A stretch of 61,393 nucleotides of DNA, counting the filler, from Globobulimina sp. (lineage: Eukaryota): the NCBI GenBank assembly GCA_003354225.1. It is 17 parts of 17 records of this genome, joined end to end, with 100 filler letters (N's around TTAATTAATTAA, not from the genome) between each part and the next. Parts side by side here need not be neighbours in the genome. Positions count along the whole stretch, not along the records: positions 21,713 to 25,230 come from PIVH01002600.1; positions 25,331 to 28,848 come from PIVH01002601.1; positions 28,949 to 32,465 come from PIVH01002602.1; positions 32,566 to 36,082 come from PIVH01002603.1; 13 more parts are not named here. One strand, 5' to 3'. Under the pieces are notes generated by a model. The model saw only the letters and a list, made by a program, of their open reading frames with translations, did no database searches and was not told the origin of the DNA. Both the position numbers and the translations under genes were made by a program. Shown here in pieces: positions 23,652 through 35,230 of this stretch. Numbering within the stretch: position 1 is the first letter of the stretch; each line of letters starts with the position of its first letter.

Positions 23652-25099
23652 ATGTTGTTTTTCTATAAGCATTACGATATATCAATCCACCCGCTAATCA
23701 AGCTGGAAATACAATTTTCTTCTTCTGATTATGATCTAGTATTATCATCCGCTGTTGTAGTCATTAAACACACGATATTCTCCGCACTTTGGTCTGCTGT
23801 CATGTACTCTTCCAGAGCTGCAATATTTGTGTTATATGCATATACATTATCTGGTTCATCCTCCATTGAAATAGCTATTGCATTTTTATTGTGTCTCAGC
23901 TGTTTGGTACGTTCATTTTGGGGAGTGGTCATTCCATATTTATGCGATAAAATAGGATATGACAAAGTGCTGGCATTGTTAGCATTGTTTGACATAATTG
24001 GTGTATTATTGCAAGCGGTCGCATATAACTTTTGGATGTTAGCCATCGGCTATTTAATTATGCCCTCATCGATGTTCAATGTAACTTGGTCATATTGTAC
24101 GTGGATATTACCATATAAACACTCTGTGAAATACATCAATGCATTATATGCAACATACATGTTTTTGTTAGTAGTGGGTCCTATTTTGGCAGGACTCATT
24201 TCCTCACAATTTGGATACAGAACAGTTTTTTATTTGAACTTGGCGTTGCTAATCGGCCACCTTATTTACTGCATGATATTTATTTATGGAACACAAAATA
24301 TTATAGAAAATGAACAAAAGTTCATGGAAATTATCTCATATCCTGATGACAGAGAGCAATTTCCTGTGTTAATAGTAAAACATAACAGCAAATATCATAA
24401 CGCTGGAAACAAACAATTTTGGTCGTCATTTCTAAGGTATATTGTTAAAAAAAACATGTTCAGACTAACATTGAACAACAAACACATTTTTACAGGTTAT
24501 CCAAGATAGACAGAGCTATTTTATCGTTGGTGACCATTGCAAACCGTTTATTATGGACATTTGAAATTATTTTATTGACTTTCTATACTCCATATATGTT
24601 ATGTCGATACAATGCAACAATTATTGCAGCAACAGCGCAGCTATCAATGTTAGGTTTTGGTTTGGGTTTTGGCAATGTTTTGGTGCCGCGGGTCATGCAA
24701 ACTGATAGTTTGTATGTGCGTTTCTCTATTCTGGTTATTGCGGGTGTGGTAGAAATTGCATTGTCGGGATATTTCTTTCCAAATAATGACGATGATGGCA
24801 GAATCATTTGGATGTATGTGCTCATATTGGGATTGTGTGTTGGTTTACATACAATGAGCTTAGAGTCCATTATCTTAGCAATAAAACGAAAGGATGGTAT
24901 TGCTCATATGGCGACTATTAAATCTGTTGCAATAAATATACTGAAAGCATTCTGTTTGTTATGTATTGGATTGTTATCAAAATATTACACCATTGAATGG
25001 TTCTGGTATATACTTTGTGCCATATTCAGTTTAAGTTTCGTGACATCTATTATGGCGATAATACTCGGAAAATCTACAAATTTATGTTTAATGACTTGA
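23652..25099 (+). CDS. Major facilitator superfamily transporter, 2 exons; start uncertain
   Basis: About 12 hydrophobic helices. Motif A-like YLCDKIGYD and motif C-like VGPILAGLISSQFGYR. Intron ~24437-24496. Confidence 0.8.
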
Positions 25100-25330
25100 T
25101 TTAACTTTTGACACTGTTTGTTGCAGTAAATCAATTGACATTAGTTTTATAACTTTAGGAAAACTCTATGCATAGACTTGCATCGTTTCTTCAAAGGAAC
25201 AACTCTGCCGACACGACAATTCCAGAGAATNNNNNNNNNNNNNNNNNNNNNNNNNNNNNNNNNNNNNNNNNNNNTTAATTAATTAANNNNNNNNNNNNNN
25301 NNNNNNNNNNNNNNNNNNNNNNNNNNNNNN

Positions 25331-26248
25331 CTCAGATATACCAATATTAAAATTGCCAACAAATGGACTTATTTTAAGTTTCCAGAATTTCTGTTGTCCG
25401 AAACCAATTATTTGAGTGCCAAAGGCATAATATCTGAGATGCTTATTTCGTTCATGTATCCTGCTCACAGAGTTTCTATTATTGTCAATTGAAAGCATCG
25501 CATTCGTTTTATATTTGTTCCATGATTCAGGCACATCGTTTTTAATATGCTTCCAATCCATGTTCGTCAGACATGTTTTACTCAATTTATTGCCACATAG
25601 TTTGTGAATTTCATTATAATTTTTAGCGCAATAAAACACAAAATAGTAATAATAGCATAATTCAATGAGTTCATTTGGAATATTCGAATAATGTCTGCAA
25701 AAACCATAAACTATGATATGTTCGTATATAATATCTCTTTGTTGTGTAACACGACATGGTGAAATTTGTTTATTTTTACATAAATCTGTGATAATTGACT
25801 CTATTATACATGGTGGTATTTCTTGTTTATATCTATCAAATCCAAAACGAAATATTAATGATAATAATTTAGGCTCAATTATTTGTGATAAGTCATGTAG
25901 ATATTTTATAATTTGTTTCTTTGACAATTTGAATATTTCTTGTCTGATTTGAACAAATTCAAGCGCTTTCATAAATTTTTTATCCTTTGTTATTTTGTTG
26001 ATGTTGCAGTTATATTTTACATGGAACTGCATATTTGAAGGTAAAACATTTAACATCTTGGATTGTAATGATGATGAAAAACTGCTGCAATTGAATAAAT
26101 ATCCCAATCCACAATCAACTATTTTCCCAAATAACTCAGATTTAGCTTTTTGATAAAATAACACTACCCACAAAGGAATAAAATCGCATAAATCATCAAA
26201 TAATAAAGATACAAAGCAAAATTTATTCTGCCTGGAGCCATGTTTCAT
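25331..26248 (-). CDS. Hypothetical protein with IVYGFCR..IPNELIELCYYYY motif and probable SPRY-like C-terminus, 3'-partial
   Basis: Open frame. AFGTQII...WKLKI...NIGI resembles the start of a SPRY/B30.2-like domain. The upstream part of the tracked ORF overlaps the 3' end of the neighbouring gene and is not real. Confidence 0.55.
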
Positions 26249-26402
26249 TGTTGTGCAAGGATCGAGGATCAAAGTATTGTATACAAAGTACAAAATTGCG
26301 ACAATAGATCTAATAACCACACAATAAAAAAAAAAAAAAAAAACAATATCCCAAAACCATATCAATACAATACAAAAAAAAAAAAAGTGATTATATACTA
26401 AA

Positions 26403-28494
26403 TTATAATTTAATACTTGATTGAAGATATTGCGGATCACATCCATGATAGGGAGCAATTCTTTGTTTGTTTCTGCCAGCAATATTCTTCTTGACTGTAT
26501 CCAAGGAATTCTCGAAATAATTTCGAAACAATTTGCTAGTTTCATTTAATTTTTCATCGAGGAGCACCACGCCCCAACCGGCCCTCTTATCGTTGGGGTC
26601 TGCCGGCCGAGCAATCTGCGGTGGAAGGCGTAGATTCGCATATTGCCAGCCTTTGGATAAAACCACCAAACAATACTCGGCATAGCCGGACACATTGCTT
26701 TGTTTGGCATAATTGCCCACAATTTTGAGTCCAGTAAAATCGGCATCGATGGAATACTCAAAGCTCACCGCAGTGTTTATGTGATGGCTCCATATGGTCG
26801 CATTGCATAGAAAGTGCGTTAAGATGTTAATAATATTAAATTTCTTCAACCTGTATTTGTTGGCAATGCCCAAATTCTGCAAAACCGCCTCATAAAAGGC
26901 CACCAATTCCTTATCCGCCGCTAACAGCGAATCGTCCGTATCTTCGTCGTTATAAAATTGCTGGATGTACTCCTCCACAAATTTGAGTGTTTGCACCCAG
27001 AAATCCCACACATCCGTATAAATGGGATAGATTTCATCGGGCAATTTCTTCATAATCACCACTTTCTTCCTAAATAAGCGGAATCTGTACTTCATTTGGT
27101 CAGAGATGTCGCGCAATTCGCCTTTGTTCAAAACGGGTGCGTCGGACATGCCGTCTTTGATCAATCGCTGCAATTCGCCGTATTTGAAGGCAAAGCATCG
27201 ATGATACAAACCATTTTCACGCAAATATTCGTTAAATACGCGATTGCAATACACGGTGCCCAATGTAAACGGCACCAAAAAGCGCCGGATCGCGTGGTCC
27301 GCACTCAAATATTTCCTCACTGCAGCTATCAAACCGGAGGACTCTCGAAAGCGAGAATGCGCCAACATGTCCACCAAAAATGTCGCCACTGACACCGATA
27401 CCTATTGTAAATATCATATATATATATCGATCAATGATCACCTGCGTTATCCTCGCACTTATAATTAGACACACCTTCCAAGCCCATTTCGCGTGATTCC
27501 ACTCTTGAATGGTAGAGCCCGTTCCGTCCGCAGCCTCGTTCGGCGGTTTGTACGTCAGCCCAGAGTCCGACAGAAAGATTTGCTGTAAATGGTACTTGGA
27601 GTCAAAGTAAGCCGCAGCTCCATACATCTCAAAGCCGCTACGCACGCCGTACTGCGCCAGGAAAGTCACGTCGTTAACAAAATAAGTGTCTGGATGCTGT
27701 TGGCTCTTTGCGAGCGGCCCAGTTCTATGCGAGCCGTAGCCGCAGAACGCAATCAATGTGACCCACATATCAGAGGTGTCGCCGTCGAAGGTATCGCCCA
27801 ACAAAGCGGACAAAATTTGGTTTTTGTCGCCTAAGTTGTTCACATCCACTTCCTCCCAATCATTTAATTGCTTTTTTCGCAAAGCGTCCGCGGGCGGATT
27901 GTTCCTCTCGTCTTTCTGCAATGCGTTGATGTTGGAAACGCCATAGATTTGGCCACCAATCGCGCCTTGGAAATAATTGCGAGCCTCGGCGAGGTCGTCT
28001 TTGCTGTCAGACCAGTCTGCTTTGGACGGCGGCTCCGCATTTTCATCGAATGAATGGCCCAATACGCCGTCACTGTATTTGCCATAATAGCACAGATCGG
28101 AGAAGAAGCCCAAATCGCCGTAATATTCATCCACCGCAGGGATGGAATAGATGCTCGCCAGACTCGCGGGGACGTTGCCGCCGTCGAAACAGTTTAAACC
28201 TATGGTCGAGGTGTCATTGTATGGCGGGGGGAAAGTTATGACATTGCGGGGGTCGAAGCCTTGGTCGATTTGGTTGAGCTGATTGCTGCGTTCGTCGCTG
28301 ATCATTGATTTGGTGAAAGAATCGATCTCATCGTTGACTTTGTCCATTGCCTATGTGTTAATTATGTGGATGTATGTAGAATAATGTTGGTGGTGTGGTG
28401 GGAGAAGATGTAGAACTTCTTGTATTATTTGGCTCTTTTCTCTGTCGTCAGGGTCGCCTGATTCTTGTCCCAAGCAATCGCATATATCTGCCAT
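26403..28494 (-). CDS. Lipoxygenase-like protein (probably catalytically degenerate), 3 exons
   Basis: Start MADICDCLG at 28494; introns ~28351-28416 and ~27402-27473. WNHAKWAWK, RKYLSADHAIRRFLVPFTLGTVYCN, YPIYTDVWDFW...VEEYIQQFY, DKELVAFY, RNKQRIAPYHGCDPQYLQSSIKL. Confidence 0.8.
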
Positions 28495-28948
28495 CTTGCA
28501 ATTACTTGTAAATTAACCCATGCACAAAGGGAAAAACGTTTGGCTCAAATTGAGACATAACAGAAACCACTACACAGACTCGACAACATAGGACAGTGTC
28601 ATACAAAAAAGAAAAACGAATACATTTGACAAAGGGTTACTAACAGAAAAAGCAAAAAAAGTTTTGGTGAGTTGAATTAGTTGAATTAATACCATCCTTG
28701 AGAATCGTTAAGTGATTCATCTAAAACCGCAGACGGAAAGAAGATGCCAGTCATTGCAATCACAAATTAGTCGATAATATGATTAAGAATTGCATTTGTT
28801 GTGGTGATTGGTATTTGTTTCCCAGCGGTTTAAGGTACAAAAACCAAANNNNNNNNNNNNNNNNNNNNNNNNNNNNNNNNNNNNNNNNNNNNTTAATTAA
28901 TTAANNNNNNNNNNNNNNNNNNNNNNNNNNNNNNNNNNNNNNNNNNNN

Positions 28949-29332
28949 CAAGATGAAGCCTCAACAATGTTGACAATTGCATCAGTATGGGATTGGTTGA
29001 TTTGGATTATAATGATTATAAATGTGTTGATGGTGGCACCATATATTTTATATGTTATATTAGAATATTCATCAACTAAATGGATTAAATTTGCAATTAT
29101 TGGTATTACATTTATTCAGTGGTTGGGGCATTTAATATTAATTGTAATGTATTATTATGAGTATAGTGTTTGGTTTAGTAATTATGCTAAATCAGTGTTA
29201 GAATCTGAATTATATGATGCTACTGATTCTATATTTGATGTTTATTGGTTTCCTGATTGGGGGATATTGATTGCTATTTTGTTGTCGTTCTATTTGTTAA
29301 AAATGATGTATGCAATATCTAAAGCAATCTAA
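28949..29332 (+). CDS. Membrane protein C-terminal fragment, 5'-partial
   Basis: Three hydrophobic helices; frame is open from the contig start. Confidence 0.55.
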   Translation, partial: QDEASTMLTIASVWDWLIWIIMIINVLMVAPYILYVILEYSSTKWIKFAIIGITFIQWLGHLILIVMYYYEYSVWFSNYAKSVLESELYDATDSIFDVYWFPDWGILIAILLSFYLLKMMYAISKAI

Positions 29333-29426
29333 AGTATATGACATTATTTGTAATTTTGTATGTTTGTTTTGCAGTACGTGTTTTTACGGATTTATAATAA
29401 TTTCTTAGTTGTGCCAGTGGCTAACA

Positions 29427-30677
29427 ATGTCAACCTTTTCAACATTTAACATAACCACTCTACTGGTAACAGCAGCATTATTTGTTCTTTATTGGACATT
29501 ATTCAGAGCGCATTTTCGGAAACAGTTCAAGAAACCAAATGATATCATAGTTCATGTGCCATTACCACATTTACAGAAAGCATTTAGTAAAAAGACTGTA
29601 TTCGGTGAAATAAGATGCAGACAATTTACATTTTCTGCCATACCAAATGAGGATACACACAATAAAAACAATACAATATGGATGATATTTATATCCGGTC
29701 ATGGTGATTCATTGGATATTTATGATACATTAATAAATCAATTATATGAGAAATTAATCTCAAACCCACCAAAAAATGGAGTGACTAAAATCAATATGAT
29801 TGCATATGATCGAATTGGATATGGAGTTTCATCCTCATTTAATGCAGTAAATGGTAATAATTTATGTATGAATATGACCCCGACATTTTCCAGTATAACA
29901 GCTAATGATCGCGCAATTGAATTATTGTCATTTATGATGAATATAGAAATTGATGATTGCAAATTTAGGCTATTTCAAGATGAATTAATTTTAATTGGAC
30001 ACAGTTATGGCGGTTTAATAGCTCAGTCATTTTTGAATGTACTGACGCATGATTTAAATATTTATTATCCGCACATCTCGCATCATAAAAATGATAAAAT
30101 CATCAAAATGTTGTTAATGGATTCAAGTTGGATTGATATGGATAAAATTATGGGCAAATGTGCAGTGAGAAAAGTTGATTGTTATAAGGATTATTTCAGC
30201 ACAATTCTTGGCTTACAGCCTCCGACCATGTTTTATAAATATCCATCATTTAATTATTTAAAACAAATAAGTTCGAACGTGAACTATGAAAAGGAGATCA
30301 TAAATAATGTGCAAATCTGTGCCTATTATCGTGCGTATGGTGACCAAGTGATATCGCAATGGAATGAGTCTCTTGGTTTTTGGCAGAGTATGGATATTTT
30401 TGGCGATGGTATTAAAGATTGGACACAAAAAATAAATAATATGAAACAAATGCATGATATTGATGTTAAAATTTATAATCTGTATTCCAGTTCGATTGCA
30501 AACAAATCAATGCAGGAAATGAATAAAAAATGGAGGATATTTCAAGAGAGCTTATCTAACAAACTTGATGAAAAATGTTTGATTTATAATCAATGTATTG
30601 AAAATTGTCATCATTATATTCATTTGGAAAAACCACATATTGTTTTGAATGGAATTATAGGGTTGATCTATGCTTGA
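29427..30677 (+). CDS. Membrane-anchored alpha/beta-hydrolase
   Basis: N-terminal TM, ISGHGDS oxyanion region, YDRIGYGVS, nucleophile elbow GHSYGG, catalytic His in CHHYIHLEKP. Confidence 0.88.
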   Translation: MSTFSTFNITTLLVTAALFVLYWTLFRAHFRKQFKKPNDIIVHVPLPHLQKAFSKKTVFGEIRCRQFTFSAIPNEDTHNKNNTIWMIFISGHGDSLDIYDTLINQLYEKLISNPPKNGVTKINMIAYDRIGYGVSSSFNAVNGNNLCMNMTPTFSSITANDRAIELLSFMMNIEIDDCKFRLFQDELILIGHSYGGLIAQSFLNVLTHDLNIYYPHISHHKNDKIIKMLLMDSSWIDMDKIMGKCAVRKVDCYKDYFSTILGLQPPTMFYKYPSFNYLKQISSNVNYEKEIINNVQICAYYRAYGDQVISQWNESLGFWQSMDIFGDGIKDWTQKINNMKQMHDIDVKIYNLYSSSIANKSMQEMNKKWRIFQESLSNKLDEKCLIYNQCIENCHHYIHLEKPHIVLNGIIGLIYA

Positions 30678-30770
30678 CAGATCAGAATGGCATTGATAAT
30701 AAAGACGTTTTTTACTGATTTTAGATTTTCAGTCAAGTGAACCAAGTGAACCAACACTTCAAAAAAGCAT

Positions 30771-32124
30771 ATGCTAGGCATCACTTTTGGTAAAAAGCCT
30801 ATAAAGGAAAACATAAAACCATCACTATGTGATTATATTATTTATATAGTGCAACATCGAGTGGTAATAGCCATAATGTTCATCATCACATTTGTAATTG
30901 TATTGTATATGAACCACTCATCTGACTCACATAAACTATCAGTCGCAATTAGTGGACCAATAAAGCTTAGCGTATCAAATGAAATTGTACACGAATCAGT
31001 CGGTCAGAAGGTGACTAGAGATGTATTATTGCATCAACGTCACAATCCATTGGAGATCTTAGCGAATTCGAATGAGAAAACAGCAATTGACAAATCAAAC
31101 AAATATCATGGCAAGCCATCGTTTCTGCGGCATCATGGATTAAAAAGATCCACTCATAAAAAACTAAGTAATATTACATGGAAAATACGTAATTCGTCAA
31201 TGCCTGTTGTGGCCGATGCGTATTTTACACCAATTCAATTAAATATAACTTCAAATATTTCATACACTGATTATCAATATAACACTTTGCATGAATTACG
31301 TTCAAAAAATAATCGAATCTGTGATTATTTGAGTATTCATGGATTGGAGAAAAGTGGTATTTTTATATTTCCGTACAATTTGTATATACTATTTATATAT
31401 ATATACCTGATACATCTGTGCAGGTACAAAGTTTTTGGAGCATATATTGCGTATCATTGCGAATGAAACATGTATTACACAATCAAAGCAACCTTTATCT
31501 ATTTGCAATAAATCGCATATTGGAGCTTGGGAAAAACATCAAGCATTATTGCCACTGCATTATAGTGACTTGGATGTGGAGAAATTATATCTACAGAATG
31601 AAGATTTAAGATTTTGTGTGTTTACAATATTTCGAGATTTTAGGGATAGAGTTATTTCGTTGGAAAATAAAGGTAAATATGGATCAATGCAAAAATACGT
31701 GCTACAAAATGTCAGAATATTTGCCAGGAAATTAAAAGTTTGGTTTAATTTTTATGGTAATTTGGAGATTCGACGTCCATTGGAATATTTTAATTTATTT
31801 TATGAGGATTTGGTGCTAAATACACAGACTGAAATTGAGAAAATGATAAATTATATTGGATTACATGCCATTTTGAATGAAAATGATATTCAACATATAA
31901 TGATGTTTCTTGATTTGGATGTTATGACCGAAAATATTATAGAGAGTGAAAAAAGTGAGACAATTTGTCAAATGAAAAATGAATTGTCAGATGAAACAAT
32001 ACAAGAAATTTATACCAAGATCAAACCCATCAACGTTCAACTCGAATTGCTCAAGAAATTCAATGAAACCTGCATGTTTCCTCACAGTTTCTTTGATGCA
32101 GAAGAATCTCCCGTTTTGCAGTAG
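30771..32124 (+). CDS. Type II membrane sulfotransferase, 2 exons (intron ~31357-31423)
   Basis: TM anchor. 5'-PAPS loop GLEKSG/TKFLE, 3'-PB FRDFRDRVIS, FYEDLV. Confidence 0.8.
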
Positions 32125-32149
32125 ATTAAATACATTTTAAAGAGTCATC

Positions 32150-32465
32150 ATGTCCCCAACAACCACACTATCACTGGCCATCATATTTCTCTGCGCATTT
32201 AATATCTATTTTGCTCAAACGACACCACCATGTCAATCAATGTACGTAAACATAGAAGATTTTGGTTCAAGTGCATTAGATGTGGATAATTGGAATGGTG
32301 TATATTCAATAGATGACACAAAAAAATCATTCAACGCATCAATATGGAGAAGAATTGCATATAATAATGAATGGTTAAAATATATTGAAACACATTGGGT
32401 ATTATCTGGAGAAAATAATGAATTATTAATATATGAAAGTAATATATTATTCCCACCAATAAATA
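32150..32465 (+). CDS. Secreted protein, 3'-partial
   Basis: Signal peptide MSPTTTLSLAIIFLCAFNIYFA; frame is open to the contig end. Confidence 0.6.
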
Positions 32466-32567
32466 NNNNNNNNNNNNNNNNNNNNNNNNNNNNNNNNNNN
32501 NNNNNNNNNTTAATTAATTAANNNNNNNNNNNNNNNNNNNNNNNNNNNNNNNNNNNNNNNNNNNNTT

Positions 32568-32711
32568 TTTATGGATTCACTAAAGGATTCGTGGGATCTG
32601 CCCTTTGGTTATTTGGTTGTTGATTTGAGCCCAGAAACAGATGACTGCATTAGACTTAGAACTAAAATTTTTCCAGACGAGATCACATGCGTATATGTAC
32701 CAAAAAACTAA
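32568..32711 (+). CDS. Polinton packaging ATPase (A32/FtsK-like), C-terminal end only
   Basis: Not in the ORF track. FMDSLKDSWDLPFGYLVVDLSPETDDCIRLRTKIFPDEITCVYVPKN* matches the typical P(Y/F)GYL..DL...T....RLRT.IFP.E tail. Confidence 0.8.
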   Translation, partial: FMDSLKDSWDLPFGYLVVDLSPETDDCIRLRTKIFPDEITCVYVPKN

Positions 32712-32843
32712 TCATTGATGTAGAGAGTGTGAGAGGGAGAGAGAGAGATAAGTTAAGCAAGTATGTGTGTCATATTACATCAGATGTCGTAACCACGAAG
32801 CCATTGTGGCCTGCTCAAACGTGCACTGATAGATTACAATGGA

Positions 32844-32993
32844 TGACGTAATAGTGACACAATAGTTGCACGCTCGGGCAAGCCTGAACATGGTCTCTTG
32901 TATTTTATGCCAATGACACTGCTCGCTGCGGCAAGTTCAGGCATGCCCAAGTTCCATATATATATTCCGGGAACTCAACTTCAGTCATCAGTT
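32844..32993 (+). promoter_or_regulatory. Metazoan-style Pol II promoter: CRE/ATF-like site, two p53-family response elements, CCAAT, TATA, Inr
   Basis: TGACGTAA 32844-51; GGGCAAGCCT-GAACATGGTC 32876-95; CCAAT 32910-14; CGGCAAGTTC-AGGCATGCCC 32929-48; TATATATA 32957-64; TCAGTC 32981-86 and TCAGTT 32988-93. Confidence 0.72.
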
Positions 32994-33035
32994 TAAACAG
33001 AGAGCTGTTTTGGAAAGGGACAATATTATAAAATA

Positions 33036-33449
33036 ATGACATCCAAGAGTGCAGCGAAATATAATGACAAGAATAACAATATGCGCTGTTGGCTGAATAA
33101 ATTCAATGACAAATGGTACGCCCATTTTCAGCAGGAAGTAAAGGAAAAAAAGGATAAAAGAAGAAAGTACATTTACTTAATGGGTCACACCCTTGCTAAA
33201 TTGGAAGGAAAACTGACAGAAACGATTGGTAAACATTGCAGTGAAGGTCAGTGCGAAACTATCGACAAACGTGGCGACTTCGATGTTCAGTTTGGCCCTA
33301 GGCAAGATGGAGGAGGCTATCAGATGAGTGTGGTTTTACTAGAGGAATCAAACAACAATGAACCATGGAGCATCATCGAAATAAATGATTTGGTAGAATT
33401 TATGATAGCTGTTCGCACGTTAAACGTGGAATATTTGAAACATATATAA
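33036..33449 (+). CDS. Polinton accessory protein, unknown function
   Basis: 137-aa ORF downstream of a complete promoter, followed by AATAAA at ~33458. Confidence 0.75.
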   Translation: MTSKSAAKYNDKNNNMRCWLNKFNDKWYAHFQQEVKEKKDKRRKYIYLMGHTLAKLEGKLTETIGKHCSEGQCETIDKRGDFDVQFGPRQDGGGYQMSVVLLEESNNNEPWSIIEINDLVEFMIAVRTLNVEYLKHI

Positions 33450-33525
33450 AAAAGGCTAATAAAATTGATTGCCATTGTTTGTTTTGGTTACTGTCATGTA
33501 TGTATAAATAAAATAAAATTCCGAA

Positions 33526-33864
33526 ATGTCGAAACGATTAAAACAAAACATTGTATTACTTAGGGCATTACGAAGAGCTACCCCTAAGCAAGCCAAAATA
33601 CTGCTTAGCAAGACAAATAGCAGAGAACTTGTACTTTGTTTGTGCGAGATTGCAGATAACATTTTGGCTGGTACAGTTAAACTGACACCAAAACAGAAAA
33701 GAACGTTGTCAAATCACAAAAAAACCCTACGTGTGTTGGCCAATAAAAAAGTAAAAATTTCGGTGAAACGAAAGTTGTTAAATAATCAAAAAGGTGGTTT
33801 TTTCCCAGCAGTCCTTGCACCAGCACTAAGCGTTGCTGCAGCACTCTTAGGGCAATTTTTGTGA
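33526..33864 (+). CDS. Polinton/adintovirus small basic virion protein with adenain-type cleavage site and amphipathic tail (cupiennin-like)
   Basis: LCEIADNIL.G.V.L...K..L..HKK.LR.LA....KRKLL.NQKGGFFPAVLAP pattern characteristic of Maverick small ORFs. TATAAATA at 33503-10. Confidence 0.8.
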   Translation: MSKRLKQNIVLLRALRRATPKQAKILLSKTNSRELVLCLCEIADNILAGTVKLTPKQKRTLSNHKKTLRVLANKKVKISVKRKLLNNQKGGFFPAVLAPALSVAAALLGQFL

Positions 33865-33867
33865 ACA

Positions 33868-34674
33868 ATGGTGGATAAAACTTATCGTAAAATGGCTTTA
33901 GTGCCACAACAGTTGTTAGAAGGGCTGGCTGGTCAGCAACATTTGAATCCTGGTCTTTCACAGTTGCCGCGCCTAGACAATAGTATGCAGGAACTGCTTA
34001 GACAAAAGAACTTGCCCCCTGACCTTAAACACGCTGAATACAGCCAATTGATGCACCATTACAAAACTATGAAAGAGCAACAAATGCGCCCACAAGAACA
34101 GTTTATGCAACCAAATCAGATGATATATCAAGAACCAGTACCGTCAACTGCCATTGGTAGTCAAAATTTGCTTGCACTCCAGCCTACTATGTCTTACACT
34201 GAGCAATACATGCCAGAGATAAATCATGATCAAATCATTGGAAATATGCCAAAAAATTACAAAAACAAAGCGCGTCTGTTGCTTTCCCATCTGGATCGGA
34301 TAAGCAATTTGACATGGGATCAAAAGGGACAATTGATAATCGATGGGCAAACTATTCCCAACACAAACATTGTTGACTTGGTACATGACTACACAAAAGG
34401 CGCCCGACGTGGTGCTCCACCTGAAGGATGGCATACATTTGGCCGTATATTGAGGCAGACAAATGTACCACAAGAAGCAATTGGTAATAAGAAAAGATTC
34501 AACCAAGTAAACAGAACACCAACACCACAGTTGGCAGTAATAGATGATAGCAGCGAAACAGAACTTGGACCAAGCACGAGCAAGAGATCCCCCAGAAAAA
34601 GTAAAAGAACAAAAAAACCAGTTGAAAAATTAACCATGGGCCATGGTTGGCGCCCTTTCAACCAAAAGATATAA
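33868..34674 (+). CDS. Conserved Polinton/adintovirus protein that normally precedes the integrase
   Basis: KMALVP...LD..M..LL....L....K...Y.Q, KARLLL..L....TWD.KGQLIIDG..IP.TNIVDLV.D, P.GW..F...L...NVP..AIGN..R. Confidence 0.82.
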   Translation: MVDKTYRKMALVPQQLLEGLAGQQHLNPGLSQLPRLDNSMQELLRQKNLPPDLKHAEYSQLMHHYKTMKEQQMRPQEQFMQPNQMIYQEPVPSTAIGSQNLLALQPTMSYTEQYMPEINHDQIIGNMPKNYKNKARLLLSHLDRISNLTWDQKGQLIIDGQTIPNTNIVDLVHDYTKGARRGAPPEGWHTFGRILRQTNVPQEAIGNKKRFNQVNRTPTPQLAVIDDSSETELGPSTSKRSPRKSKRTKKPVEKLTMGHGWRPFNQKI

Positions 34675-34734
34675 ACATAAATAAATATGCGTTTATTGTT
34701 ATTCATTTTTCTGTTATCAATTCATTAATAAACA

Positions 34735-34791
34735 ATGGAAAATTTACTCAAAAAATTGTACTACAGCCCTGAAATTACAGGTACATATTAA
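34735..34791 (+). pseudogene. Polinton retroviral-like integrase, first 18 codons only
   Basis: MENLLKKLYYSPEITGTY* matches the L.K.YY.P...G(S/T)(Y/F) integrase N-terminus and sits in the expected syntenic position. Confidence 0.65.
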
Positions 34792-34801
34792 ATAACCTTA
34801 A

Positions 34802-34833
34802 AAACATGCTCGGACATGAATCATATGACGTCA
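34802..34833. promoter_or_regulatory. p53-family response element + CRE module, copy 1
   Basis: AAACATGCTC-GGACATGAAT-CATA-TGACGTCA; imperfect direct repeat of 35251-35282. Confidence 0.7.
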
Positions 34834-34862
34834 CAGTAAGATTTATTATTGACTGTAAAACA

Positions 34863-35201
34863 TTACATATCGGAATGAAAGTAATCAAAAAGTGGCTTCA
34901 GTATTGTATAGGCTTTTCTGGCATCGTCTTTATTATTTTGGAACACTTTTGCTGAAAGTATGGCACCTTCTAGTGTGGTTTCTTTAAGTGTTTGTTCTCT
35001 TGTCCATAATGGGCTATAACCCCAACCCTTTGCAATCTTGCGAAAAAAGCACTTATCACAAGACGCCATTTTGTTCCACACACATTCATTGAATTGTGCA
35101 TTGAAATCTTTACAATGCATAAATGGTCTATTCCTATTTTCCGCTTCACGCCCTCTGCAAAATAACCGTCGACACAATGACTTTCCATGCATTGGAGCCA
35201 T
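34863..35201 (-). CDS. Small Cys-rich Polinton accessory protein, unknown function
   Basis: 112-aa ORF with a minus-strand TATAAAAG (35238-35231) and the p53RE/CRE module directly upstream. Confidence 0.65.
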   Translation of the reverse strand: MAPMHGKSLCRRLFCRGREAENRNRPFMHCKDFNAQFNECVWNKMASCDKCFFRKIAKGWGYSPLWTREQTLKETTLEGAILSAKVFQNNKDDARKAYTILKPLFDYFHSDM

Positions 35202-35230
35202 TTTGGTATGTGGACACGGGCAACTGGTCC

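Noticed and set aside
26249-26545. Apparent overlap of a 420-aa ORF with the lipoxygenase-like gene
   Set aside because: The extension runs through the LOX 3' end and T-rich UTR (poly-Phe); this is chance absence of stops.
34863-34960. C-terminus of the 112-aa ORF as a second TBP remnant
   Set aside because: Only a vague helix resemblance; no FPG or F.SGK motifs.
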